Shown here in pieces: positions 10,330 through 19,981 of a stretch of 64,000 nucleotides of DNA. Position 1 is the stretch's first letter, and each line of letters starts with the position of its first letter. This stretch comes from Nannocystis bainbridge (GTDB taxonomy: Bacteria; Myxococcota_A; Polyangia; Nannocystales; Nannocystaceae): positions 480,001 through 544,000 of the forward strand of contig NZ_JAQNDL010000003.1 in the NCBI RefSeq assembly GCF_028368995.1, given 5' to 3'. Below the pieces are notes generated by a model. That model saw nothing but the letters and a program-made list of their open reading frames with translations. It made no database searches and was not told the origin of the DNA. The translations under genes were made by a program, and so were the position numbers.

Positions 10330-10752
10330 TCAAGGGACAGGTGGGGGCGGCGGCAGCTGCAGCTCCGGCTGCGACAGCGAGCGCACGTAGGCGACCAGGA
10401 CCTTGAGGGTCGGCTCGCTGAAGTGCGGGAAGCTCGGCATGGTCGGCGGCCGCCCGCCACGGATCGATCGCCGCAGCCGCTCGTCGCTGAGGGTGCTCAT
10501 GAACCCGGGGTCGGTCAGGTCGCGCACGCCCGCGACCTCCGGCAGCCCCTTGCCGTCATGGCCGTGGCAGCGGGCGCAGTTCTGGGCGAAGATCTTGGCC
10601 CCGGAGATGTCCCGCTCGGGCCCGGTCGGCTCATGACAGCCCGCCAGCAGCCCGGCGAACAACATGGCACTTCGGACATGTCCGAAAAGCCCGCCGCGCG
10701 CCCCGGACGGCGAGGCGGGAGCGTGCGCGCGCGGGTCAGCGGTGGCGGACAT
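10330..10752 (-). CDS. Monoheme c-type cytochrome, probable lipoprotein
   Basis: GAKIFAQNCARCHG heme motif, distal TMPSF, LLAGC lipobox. Confidence 0.9.
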   Translation of the reverse strand: MSATADPRAHAPASPSGARGGLFGHVRSAMLFAGLLAGCHEPTGPERDISGAKIFAQNCARCHGHDGKGLPEVAGVRDLTDPGFMSTLSDERLRRSIRGGRPPTMPSFPHFSEPTLKVLVAYVRSLSQPELQLPPPPPVP

Positions 10753-10925
10753 GCGCGGCGACCTTAGCAGAGTCACCGCCGCAGCGTCCCCACGTTCGAC
10801 CTGCGACCGCGCGTCCCGGGTGACTCACCGACGCTCGGGCCGCGACCGTGACGGGCTCTCCTGGGCCGCTGGCGCGACCCTGCAGCGTCCCCGCGAGTCG
10901 GCGTTCAGCACTGCCTGGGCCCCTG

Positions 10926-11828
10926 TCAGCGCCGCGGCAGCAGCGTCAGCGCTCGCCCCGGCTGCAGCGCGTCGGCGGGCTCCTGGTCCGCGGGCCGCGG
11001 CACCGGCCGGGCGCGGATCCCCGCGTGCTGCGGCGAGGTCGTCGGTGGAAGCTGCGGGGGCGGCGCGCTCGGCGGCGTCGTCATCGGCGGCGCCGTCGTT
11101 TCCGGCGTCGGCGCCGGCGCGTTCGGGCCCGGCGGGCTGGCCGGCGGCGCGATCGTCGGCCCCGGCGCCGGGTACTGCACCGGCCCTTCGACGCGCGTGT
11201 TGCCGTCCTCGGTGAGGATATAGCCCTCGGCGTCGACCGCGGCGTCGGCCGGCGGGATGTAGTCGCCGTTCGGCGTCAGCAGCCCGAGGCGCATGCCCAG
11301 GCTGTCGTTGTAGATGTTGACCGCGCGGGCGTAGCCCGTCTCGGCCCGGCGGTAGAACACGCCGGCGGCGATCGCCAGGCCCACGGTCGCCAGCACGCTG
11401 CCGAGCATCACCGAGTTAGCCCCGTTCAGCTTCTGGAAATCGAAGCCTTCGCGGGCCGTCGCCGCCCCGCTGGCGATGAACAGCAGCCCCGTGACCGCCC
11501 CCAGCGCCGCCAGGATCCGCGAGCGCCGCAGCTCCTTGTAGGGCAGCGCCTCCGAGCTGTTCTTCTCCGAGCGGAGGATCGCGTCGAGCGACTGCCAGCT
11601 GCGCTTGGTCGCCATCGGGTGCAGGCCCTTGGTGTAGCGGGTCCCCTGCGGCTCCTCGTGGCGGAAGATCCAGTTCTCTTTGAGCGCCTTCTCGCGCTCG
11701 GCCCGATCCTTGATCGTCTCGAGCTTGGCGAAGTCGGTCGGCTGCAGCTGCGGCGTCAGCGACATGCACCCGCTCACGCAGAGGCACAGCGCGAGGACCA
11801 GGGGCGAGGGTCGGCGGGCGCGATTCAC
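10926..11828 (-). CDS. Hypothetical lipoprotein with two TM helices and Pro-rich tail
   Basis: Signal ending VSGC, TM pair, RAVNIYND motif. Confidence 0.8.
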   Translation of the reverse strand: MNRARRPSPLVLALCLCVSGCMSLTPQLQPTDFAKLETIKDRAEREKALKENWIFRHEEPQGTRYTKGLHPMATKRSWQSLDAILRSEKNSSEALPYKELRRSRILAALGAVTGLLFIASGAATAREGFDFQKLNGANSVMLGSVLATVGLAIAAGVFYRRAETGYARAVNIYNDSLGMRLGLLTPNGDYIPPADAAVDAEGYILTEDGNTRVEGPVQYPAPGPTIAPPASPPGPNAPAPTPETTAPPMTTPPSAPPPQLPPTTSPQHAGIRARPVPRPADQEPADALQPGRALTLLPRR

Positions 11829-11963
11829 GTCGCTCTCACGCTAGCACGGACCGCCGGCGCTGCTAAGAGCCCCCGCGGGCCGCGCGAGCCTGCCCTGCCG
11901 TCCGCTGGCTGCAGCCACGCACGCCGGAGCGACCCGGAGTTCGGCCCCGGCGACGCATGGGTG

Positions 11964-13985
11964 TCACGACCCCAGGTGCGCAACTCGCTGCGGATCTACG
12001 TCCGGCACCGGTTTGGCGGCGGGCGGCGCTGCCACGGCCTCGGCTTGCCCGGCCGTCCTGGTCCGCCGGGCCCCGGCTTGCGCTGCCGCCTTGCGCAGGC
12101 GACGTCCGATGGCGTTCTGGTGATCGGCCGCCCGCTGCACGAGCTCCGGGTCGCCGGGCGCCTCCAGCGTCCGCGCCATCGTTCGCGCCAGCGCCGGCAT
12201 CGTCAGCACGTCGACGAGGTTGTGGCCGACCACGCGGCGCACCGCCTCGCGCGCCCGGGCCTCGTGGGGCTCGCGCAGCGCCGCCCAGAACACCTCCGGG
12301 ATCGCCCGCCCTGCGATGTCGCCGTCGCGCCGCACCCCCAGCTGCGTCCGCTCGAGCGTCGTCAGGCGGCAATCCGGCCCGCGCCCGCGCCACAGCCGGC
12401 GCGCGACTGGCAGCAGATCGAGGTGCGTCCCGGCCAGCGCGTCGGTCGGCAGCCCGCACCGGCGCAGCCGCCCGCGCAGCAGCGGCAGGTCGAAGCTCGC
12501 CCCGTTGAACGTCACCAGCGGCCCGCCGAGCGCCCGCAGCCGGGCCTCGAGGTCCGCCAGCAGCGCCGCCTCGCCCGACAATTGCGTCAGCAGCCACTGC
12601 TCGATCTGCCACCCGGCCTCGTCCAGCGTCGCCAGCCCGACCACGAACGCCACCGTGCCCGCCCCGTGCCCGAGCCCGGTCGACTCGGTGTCGAGAAACA
12701 CTGGCCTTTTGGACATGTCCTGTTCGCCATGTCCGTAAAGCCATGTAAATGCCTTCTGCCACTCCGCCGGCCCCGGCAGCTCGAGCCCGCGGCCGACCAG
12801 CAGCGGCGGCCTGGCCCCGAGGCACGGCCAGCGCGTGACCTCGCGGACGAACCCCGCCCCCGGCGCGACGCCGGGCAAGGCAGGGGTGGCGCGCTCGCCC
12901 TCGAACCGCCCCATCCGCCGCCAAAGCGCCGGCCGAGTCGGCGCACCGCCGTCCAGCGGGCCCGGCCGCGAGGAGAGCGACACCTCGCGCCCGAGCTCGC
13001 CCGCAACACGAGCCGCGGGGCTCCTGTCCTCATCCTCTCGTCCCGCGACCTCGTCCGCCCGCGTCCGAGCCCCGGCCTCTCGCCCCGCAACTTCGCCAGG
13101 CAACACGGGCGACGGCCTCACCGCTCCGACCCCTCGCTCCCCAACCTCTTCAGGTCGCGCAGGCGATCGCACCAACGCACCTGCCCCTCGCTCCCCAACC
13201 TCCGCAGGCCGTGGCGCCGTCATCCCGCGCCCGCTCTGCCCGCCGAACTCTGCCAGCGGCCCGGCGATCGCAGCGCCGATCCTCTCTCCGACACTGACAG
13301 CCCCGCGACGCTCCGGCGGCGCGACCGTGAAATCGCGTAGATCTTCGGCTCTGCGACGGCTCTCGACCGGACTCGGCCGTGGGTTCGTCCCCGCGGCGAT
13401 GATCTCCCCGTTGGCCGTCACCTTCGAGCGGTTCGGGCGTGCCCGCGACGTCCACAACACGTACGTCCCCGACACCCGCGGATCGATCCGCCGTTCCTCC
13501 GCACCTGCCCCTCCAGACAGCCCGCCTGCGCGGCCCGCCAATGCCGGCGCCCGCTCGCCCGCGCGATTCGTCGGACCTGTCCCTTCAGACAGCCCAGAAT
13601 CTGCCAGCGCCCGCGCGCTCGTGCGTCCTGCCGGCTGCGCGTCGTTCAGAGCTGGCCGGCTCTCGCCCCGAACCTTCTGTCCCGCCGCGACCGGCGCCTC
13701 GCTCCCCGCAGCGCTCCGCGTCATCCCCGCCGAAACCCGCCGATCGCCGCTCCCCCGACCTGCCCCTTCGGACAGCCTACCCTGGCTCATCCCACCCGGC
13801 TGCCCGCTCGTCGCGCGCGACGGACTCGGCGGCCCGTCCGTCCCAACGGAAGAACTCTGCGGCTCGCTCGCCCTCGGCGAGCTCTGTGGCTCGCCTGCCG
13901 CCGTCCCGCCTGCCGGCTCGGAGACGCTGTCCTGCTCGCGGCGCCCGAGCGCCCGCTCGAACCGCCGCAGCAGCGCCGAGCTCAC
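11964..13985 (-). CDS. RNase H-like (YprB/MrfB-type) exonuclease with long disordered N-terminus
   Basis: FLDTESTGL, LVTFNGASFDLP, HLDLL..ARRLW, L..LE, HNLVDV; start overlaps the helicase stop. Confidence 0.88.
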   Translation of the reverse strand: MSSALLRRFERALGRREQDSVSEPAGGTAAGEPQSSPRASEPQSSSVGTDGPPSPSRATSGQPGGMSQGRLSEGAGRGSGDRRVSAGMTRSAAGSEAPVAAGQKVRGESRPALNDAQPAGRTSARALADSGLSEGTGPTNRAGERAPALAGRAGGLSGGAGAEERRIDPRVSGTYVLWTSRARPNRSKVTANGEIIAAGTNPRPSPVESRRRAEDLRDFTVAPPERRGAVSVGERIGAAIAGPLAEFGGQSGRGMTAPRPAEVGERGAGALVRSPARPEEVGERGVGAVRPSPVLPGEVAGREAGARTRADEVAGREDEDRSPAARVAGELGREVSLSSRPGPLDGGAPTRPALWRRMGRFEGERATPALPGVAPGAGFVREVTRWPCLGARPPLLVGRGLELPGPAEWQKAFTWLYGHGEQDMSKRPVFLDTESTGLGHGAGTVAFVVGLATLDEAGWQIEQWLLTQLSGEAALLADLEARLRALGGPLVTFNGASFDLPLLRGRLRRCGLPTDALAGTHLDLLPVARRLWRGRGPDCRLTTLERTQLGVRRDGDIAGRAIPEVFWAALREPHEARAREAVRRVVGHNLVDVLTMPALARTMARTLEAPGDPELVQRAADHQNAIGRRLRKAAAQAGARRTRTAGQAEAVAAPPAAKPVPDVDPQRVAHLGS

Positions 13986-16573
13986 GCAGCCCCTCGCAGG
14001 CGGTCGCGCAGCGCCAGCAGCAGCGCCATCGCATCGGCGCGCAGGCTCTCGCGCGGCTGCGGCGGCCGGGTCACGTGGTTGGCCCCCGGCAGCGACTGCA
14101 TCGCCGCGATCCGGCTCGCCAGCCCCTTGAGCCCTGGCGTCTCGCCGGCCCGCACGACCTCGCCGCCGCCGGTCCCGAGCGGCTCACCCGCTCCTTGCAC
14201 CCCGAGGCACGTCGGGCAGCCGCGCGCGCAGCGGCAGTTCGTCACCGCCGCGATCACCCGCTCGAACAGCTCGGCCCCCAGCGCGTACGCCTGCGACGCC
14301 AGCCCGGCCCCGCCTGGCAGGTTGTCGTAGACCAGCAGGCACGGCGACGCCCCGGCCTGCATCACCGAATCAGTCGACACCCGGCCGCCGCGGCCCGCGA
14401 TCACCGGCGCCCACGAACCGGCCTCGGCCGAGCCCGCCACCACCGCGTGGCCGAGGTCGTGCACGTCACACATCAGCAGCATCGCCGCGCAGTGGTGGAC
14501 CGCGTGGCCGATCGCCAGCGCCGCCGCCGCGCGCCGACCCGGGTCGGGCACCAGCGACAGCGCCCACTCGCCGAACGTGAAGTGGACCGCCAGCGTGTGC
14601 AGCTCGAGGTCCGGCAGGTGCACCGGCCCGGCGCCCACGTTCTCGTGGGTGCGGAAGCGCAGCTTCTTGAAGCCCGGCACCGTGCGGACCAGGTGGGCGT
14701 AGCCGAGCCCGCGGCCGCGCGGCGGATCCGTCGCTATCGGCTCGACCAGGCGGACCTTCACCTGCGAGATCGCCTCGGTGTAGTAGGTCGCCTTGACCTC
14801 GCGGACGTACGCCTTGCGCGGCTGCCAGTCGAGGCGCAGCACCTCGTAGGTCGTGCCCTCGATTGAGTAGATCGCGCCCGGATGGAGGTAGAGCGGCCCG
14901 TCCTCGAAATCGACCTCGGCGAGCAGCCGCCCGTCGCTCGCCAGCCCCGGGGCCACCTCGAGCACCGTGAAGTTCTCCTCGAGCCCGCCGCGCAGGTCGA
15001 CCTTGTCGGCCGGGAACGCGTCGCCGATCGTGAAGTAGCGGGCCGACCCGTCAGCCCCGCGCTCGCCGTGCAGCGCCCCGCGCTCGGCCAGGTACGCCAG
15101 CGCCGGCCCGATCTCGCCCGCCGCGATGCCCGGGTACACCACCGTCTCCGCCGGCGCCTCGCCGGGCGGCATCACGATCGGCAGCTCGTAGGCCGCGCAG
15201 CGCAGGTGCGGGATCAGGATCTCCGGGTTGTCCGGGTCGACCTGCGCCCGCTCGGGCGGCTCGTCGAACAGGAACCCCGGCGTCGCCGCGATGAACTGGT
15301 CGAGCGGGTCGGACGACAGCACCAGCGCCGTCAGCGACGGCGACAGCCGCCGGCCCGCCCGGCCCGCGCGCTGCAGCGTGGCCGCCCGCGTCCCCGGGTA
15401 GCCCGCCAGCACCACCGCGTCGAGCCCGCCGATGTCCATCCCGAGCTCGAGCGCATGCGTCGTCGCCACCACCTGCGCCTCGCCGTCCTGCAGCGCCTGT
15501 TCGACCTCGCGCCGGCGCTCCGGCAGGTAGCCGCCGCGGTAGCCGCGGATCTTCTTCTTCGCCAGCTCCGCGCGGGCCAGGGCCGCCGCGTCGACGCCGA
15601 CCGGCTCGCCCGGCGTCACCCCGGCCTCGTCCTCGCGCAGGTAGCGGGTCAGCAGCTCTACCGCCTTGCGCGTGCGGCAGAACGCCAGCGTCGCCACCCC
15701 CGCCGCGCGGAACACCGAGGTCACCGCGCGCGTGACCTTGAGGTAGTCGCGGCGCACCCCGGTGGCCGGGTCGACGACCTTGGGGTTCAGGACCACGAAC
15801 GTGCGCGTCCCGGTCGGCGCCCCGTCGCGGTCGACCAGCACGAAGTCGGGCCGGCCGGTGACCGCCGCCGCCAGCTCGCGCGGGTTGTGGATCGTCGCCG
15901 AGCAGCAGATGACCGTCGGCCGCGCCCCGTGGTAGGCGCACACCCGCCACAGCCGGCGCAGCACGTTGGCCACGTGGCTGCCGAACACCCCGCGGTACAT
16001 GTGCAGCTCGTCGAGCACGACGTAGCGCAGCTCGGCCAGCAGCGGCCCCCAGCGCTCGTGGTGCGGCAAGATCCCGCGGTGCAGCATGTCCGGGTTGGTC
16101 GCCACCACGTGGGCCCGGGTGCGGGCCGCCTTGCGCTCCTCCGGCGGTGTGTCACCGTCGTAAGCGCCGGCGCCGATGATGCCCGGCCCCACCTCGGCCG
16201 CCAGCGCGCGCAGGCTCCGGACCTGGTCGCGCGCCAGCGCCTTGGTCGGGAACAGCAGCAGCGCCCGCGCCCGCGGGTCGTCGAGCGCCGCCTGGACGAT
16301 CGGCGCGTGAAAACACAGCGACTTGCCCGACGCCGTCGAGGTCGCCAGCACGACATCCTGGCCGCCGCGGGCCGCCGCGATGGCCTCGGCCTGGTGCGTG
16401 TACGGCCGCGTCACGCCGCGCTTGGCCAGCGCAGACAGCAGCCGCTCGTCGAAGCCCGGCGGCCAATCGCCGTAGCTGCCGGCGCGCGCGGCGACTTCGT
16501 GCTCGGCCACGACATCGGCGTGGCGTCCCTGGCAGAGCTGCTCGCGAATCGCGTTCAGCCCGGCGCCATCCAA
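13982..16573 (-). CDS. DEAD/DEAH helicase with DUF1998 (MrfA/YprA/Hrq1-like)
   Basis: TSTASGKS, PTKALARDQ, TNPDMLH, DELH, SAT, LELGMDIG, QRAGRAGRR, C-x-C-x3-C-x2-C tail; start uncertain (frame open to 16759). Confidence 0.93.
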   Translation of the reverse strand: MDGAGLNAIREQLCQGRHADVVAEHEVAARAGSYGDWPPGFDERLLSALAKRGVTRPYTHQAEAIAAARGGQDVVLATSTASGKSLCFHAPIVQAALDDPRARALLLFPTKALARDQVRSLRALAAEVGPGIIGAGAYDGDTPPEERKAARTRAHVVATNPDMLHRGILPHHERWGPLLAELRYVVLDELHMYRGVFGSHVANVLRRLWRVCAYHGARPTVICCSATIHNPRELAAAVTGRPDFVLVDRDGAPTGTRTFVVLNPKVVDPATGVRRDYLKVTRAVTSVFRAAGVATLAFCRTRKAVELLTRYLREDEAGVTPGEPVGVDAAALARAELAKKKIRGYRGGYLPERRREVEQALQDGEAQVVATTHALELGMDIGGLDAVVLAGYPGTRAATLQRAGRAGRRLSPSLTALVLSSDPLDQFIAATPGFLFDEPPERAQVDPDNPEILIPHLRCAAYELPIVMPPGEAPAETVVYPGIAAGEIGPALAYLAERGALHGERGADGSARYFTIGDAFPADKVDLRGGLEENFTVLEVAPGLASDGRLLAEVDFEDGPLYLHPGAIYSIEGTTYEVLRLDWQPRKAYVREVKATYYTEAISQVKVRLVEPIATDPPRGRGLGYAHLVRTVPGFKKLRFRTHENVGAGPVHLPDLELHTLAVHFTFGEWALSLVPDPGRRAAAALAIGHAVHHCAAMLLMCDVHDLGHAVVAGSAEAGSWAPVIAGRGGRVSTDSVMQAGASPCLLVYDNLPGGAGLASQAYALGAELFERVIAAVTNCRCARGCPTCLGVQGAGEPLGTGGGEVVRAGETPGLKGLASRIAAMQSLPGANHVTRPPQPRESLRADAMALLLALRDRLRGAA

Positions 16574-17326
16574 ACCATTCGATAAAACATCAGGCTCCCC
16601 CGCGGCGGTTGAGGTACGTTCTAGACCGCTCGAACGTGCCTCTGTCTGAAGGAGGGAGCGCGCGCGGGGAAAGCCTGAAGAGTGCTCTAGCATCGTTGCC
16701 CAGGAAGCGTTGCACTGAACACTTGCCAGGTAGCTACATCCGTTCAGGATCCGCGTCAAGGACTTTGCAGGCCCGCAGAGCGGCCGCTATGCCGAGCAAA
16801 AAGAGGTTTTGGGCGCGTGCGGCGCTCACGCAAGCGGACTCGGCTCGATCAGCGCAAGGGCCGCAGATCGCAACATGGCCGGGAATCGAGCAGATCTCTC
16901 CCGCATCGGACATGGCGCCGCGAACAGCGCGGGCTTCCGACGCTGTCCCGATGGGCCCTCGATGGAGGCGCTCCCATTGGGGAGCTACTGGCTGATTCGC
17001 GTCGTCTCGTCCGCGCGCCCGTACGCGATGGACCGGGGACCGTGACTGACGCTGCTTCCGACGTCTTGCGCGAGCTTCTGTCCTGCTTCCGCGACTCCCT
17101 TCGAATCTTCTCCGAGCTCTCCGAGCTGCTTCGCGTTGCGTGCCGTCGTCGCGACGGCGACGACGATCGGTGCGCGCGCCGAACGACGACCGCGCCTCGA
17201 AAGGATCGATCACCTCCCGCACTTCGTCAAGTCGCGGCGAAAATTCTCGCGCCGAATTTTCTCGCGACGCGAGCCGCTCGCGAGCGCCGAACCTCGCGAG
17301 CGAGGCCCGACGCTTCTAAAAAGTTT

Positions 17327-19231
17327 CTACAGGTGATCGAGGTCGAGGCCGCCGACGACCCAGTAGCTGCCGAAGTCCTGGAGACCGTAGACGCCGATGC
17401 CGACGCGGTCGCTGCCGAGGATGGTGTGGTTGCCGTCGCCGAGCGGGCCGTCGTCCAGCTTCACGCGGGCCAGCGAGTAGCCGGTCGCACCGATCTGGAC
17501 CGGCGCGACCACCGGCTGGCCGTCGACCGACACGCTCGTCCCGGTCTTGAGGATGATGTCGACGAAGTTGCTCGCCCACGACGGCGGGGCGTGGAACAGG
17601 TAGTCCTTGCGGTACTGCTCGGTGGCGGTGGCCAGCAGCATCGACGGGTCGGCCTCGCCGAAGCCGCCGCCCTGGCCGACCATGTACTGCGCGACCATGA
17701 ACCGCTTGTCGGCCGAGACCTTGAAGCGGGCGGTCGTCGCCGCCAGCTCGACGAAATCACCGGCCTTGGCCAGGACCTTCGGCACCCCCTGGTCGGGCAC
17801 GAAGGTCAGGGTCGTGTTCGCCTCGGCCGCGATAAACCGCACGACCTGGCCGTGGTCGGGCGTCCCGTTGGGCGACTGCCCCGGCGGCACGACGATGTAC
17901 TCCTTCGCCAGCGCCTCGTAGGGGAACATCGCCTCCTCGAGGTGATCGCAGGCGTCGACGTTCGTGGGCACGTTGCTGCACTTGTGTCCGGCGATGACCT
18001 GGACCGGCTTGTCGGCGCTGACCCCGGTGCCGGTGAGGTCGCCGCCCGCCGCGGTGGCGACCTGCAGCACGTCGCCGGCGTTCAGCACGACCACGCCGGT
18101 GCCGTCGGCCGCGACCCCGCCGCCCGCCTGCACCTTGTTGCCGGTCGCCGACGGCGCCAGCGTCACCGTGGTCCCGTCCTCGCGCGCGGTCACGGCGTAG
18201 AAGCCGGGGTAGTTGAGCTGCGGGAAGTGCGGGTACGAGGCGACCACGTAGTCGCCGGTCCAGGCGTTGACCGGCAGCAGCAGCGACGCGTCATTGGTCG
18301 CCGACGCATAAAGAAGATTGTACTGGTAGACCGTGACCGGGCGGTCGCTGCGCAGCCGGTAGGCCCCCTCGGCGACCACGGCCGAGGGCCCGAGCCCCTT
18401 CGTCAGCGCGGGGATCCACGGCAGCGTGATCGCCTTGACGCTCTTGGCCGCGACCATCTCCTCCTTGATCAGCATCGCCCCGCGGGTGACCGTGATCGCC
18501 GCCGGCACGTCGGCGGTGTTGGCGACCACCGCCGCGAACACCTTGGTGCCGCTGTTGTAGCTGTCGTGCTGCAGCGTGATGGTCGGGTAGTAATCGCACC
18601 CGATGTAGTTGAGCTGCAGGTTCTCGATCACGCAGGCGCCGTCGCACAGCCCGATGTCCGGGTTGCAGGTGATGCCCTGCAGCTCGTCGCAGTCCTCGGC
18701 GACCTCGCTCGAGAGCCCGTCGGCGGCGCACTTCATGGCCACGTCGCCCTCGCAGAACGGCGTGTCGGGCACGCACGCGAGGCAGCCGACGCCGGGGCCG
18801 CAGGCCGCCTCGCACGGCTCGCTGCTCTCGAACCCGCCCATCCCGTCGCACACCTTGGCCTCGCCGTCCTCGCACACGATCTCGCCCTGCATGCACGGCG
18901 GCGGCGGCTCGGTTCCGCTCTCGCTGTCGGTCGCGGTCGCCGGCATCGTCGACGACTCGGTCCCCATCGTCGTCGACTCGGTCGCGCCCTCGGTCGTCGT
19001 CGAGGAAGTCGGCGCGCTCGTGCCGGTCATCCCCATCGTCGTGATCGTCTCGGTCCCGGGCTCGGACGTCGGCGGCGGCCCCTCGCTCGTGCCCGTCTCC
19101 GTCGTCGAAGTCGTCAGCTCGACCGTCGTCACCCCGGTCTGCGACGTCGTCGCCGAGGCCATCCCCTCCGGCGTCCCGCACCCCGACACCATCACACCCA
19201 CGCCCACGAGAATCAGCCCAGACCGCAGCAT
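17327..19231 (-). CDS. Lipoprotein with Thr-rich linker, Cys-rich repeats and IgGFc-binding-protein N-terminal domain
   Basis: VSGC lipobox, NDASLLLP, DLTGT..ADKPVQV, CDHLEE, DPSM motifs. Confidence 0.88.
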   Translation of the reverse strand: MLRSGLILVGVGVMVSGCGTPEGMASATTSQTGVTTVELTTSTTETGTSEGPPPTSEPGTETITTMGMTGTSAPTSSTTTEGATESTTMGTESSTMPATATDSESGTEPPPPCMQGEIVCEDGEAKVCDGMGGFESSEPCEAACGPGVGCLACVPDTPFCEGDVAMKCAADGLSSEVAEDCDELQGITCNPDIGLCDGACVIENLQLNYIGCDYYPTITLQHDSYNSGTKVFAAVVANTADVPAAITVTRGAMLIKEEMVAAKSVKAITLPWIPALTKGLGPSAVVAEGAYRLRSDRPVTVYQYNLLYASATNDASLLLPVNAWTGDYVVASYPHFPQLNYPGFYAVTAREDGTTVTLAPSATGNKVQAGGGVAADGTGVVVLNAGDVLQVATAAGGDLTGTGVSADKPVQVIAGHKCSNVPTNVDACDHLEEAMFPYEALAKEYIVVPPGQSPNGTPDHGQVVRFIAAEANTTLTFVPDQGVPKVLAKAGDFVELAATTARFKVSADKRFMVAQYMVGQGGGFGEADPSMLLATATEQYRKDYLFHAPPSWASNFVDIILKTGTSVSVDGQPVVAPVQIGATGYSLARVKLDDGPLGDGNHTILGSDRVGIGVYGLQDFGSYWVVGGLDLDHL

Positions 19232-19257
19232 AGCGGCCACTGTATCACGCCGTTTGC

Positions 19258-19307
19258 ATTTGTACGCGCGTACAAATTCTGCTGGACCCGCTTACACATG
19301 TGTGCAA
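19258..19307. promoter_or_regulatory. Two related palindromes, probable TetR operators
   Basis: Perfect 20-bp ATTTGTACGCGCGTACAAAT (19258-19277) and degenerate TTACACATGTGTGCAA (19292-19307) between divergent genes. Confidence 0.6.
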
Positions 19308-19317
19308 ATTATCTGTA

Positions 19318-19977
19318 GTGCGCGTGAGCAACTCGGGCGAGGCGAAAACCACTCCTGATGGTCGCGAGGAGCGGGGCGACCGAACCGCGCAGGCGCTGCT
19401 CGTCGCAGCGCGCTCGGCGTTCTCGCGCGGCGGCTACGCGGCCGCCTCGGTGCGGGACATCGCGCGCGCCGCGGGCGTCAACCCGGCGCTCGTCCGCTAT
19501 CACTTCGGCAGCAAAGAGGGCCTCTATCGCAAGGTCATCGACGAGGCGATGAGCGGCCTGCGGACCCGGTTGCTGGCGGCCTTCCACCAGGCCGGCGCGC
19601 CGCGCGAGCGGATTCATCGGGTCATCGGCGCCTACCTCGACCACCTCGCGCAGGAGCGCGACTTCCCGCGGCTGATCCAGCGCGCGCTCCTCAACAACGA
19701 CCCGCACCTGCGCCGGGTCGCGCACGAATATCTGCACCCGCTGGTCGACACGCTCAAGCCGTTCGTCGGTCGGCGGGTCGCTGGCACACTCGGCAGCCTC
19801 GAAGAGGTCATCGTCTCGGTGTTCGGGGCCATCATCGCGCCCTTCCTCTACGAGCCGCTGCTCAACGACCTGTTCCGCCGCGACGTGCTGTCGCCCGCCG
19901 CGCTCAAGCGGCGCCGCCGGCACATCGAGGCCCTCGTGGAAATCACCCTGGCCCAGCTGCTCCCGGAAACGGTCTAA
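19318..19977 (+). CDS. TetR/AcrR family regulator
   Basis: AARSAFSRGGYAAASVRDIARAAGVNPALVRYHFGSKEGLY; start approximate. Confidence 0.95.
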   Translation: MRVSNSGEAKTTPDGREERGDRTAQALLVAARSAFSRGGYAAASVRDIARAAGVNPALVRYHFGSKEGLYRKVIDEAMSGLRTRLLAAFHQAGAPRERIHRVIGAYLDHLAQERDFPRLIQRALLNNDPHLRRVAHEYLHPLVDTLKPFVGRRVAGTLGSLEEVIVSVFGAIIAPFLYEPLLNDLFRRDVLSPAALKRRRRHIEALVEITLAQLLPETV

Positions 19978-19981
19978 TTTT

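Noticed and set aside
86-10767. Long antisense or alternate-frame ORFs (e.g. 86-1792, 3056-5131, 8836-10767; likewise 16817-19318, 39974-41731, 52210-53886)
   Set aside because: Shadow ORFs typical of very high-GC DNA, overlapping genes with clear motifs
16760-17326. Possible small gene or structured RNA in a palindrome-rich gap
   Set aside because: No convincing start, family motif or RNA fold
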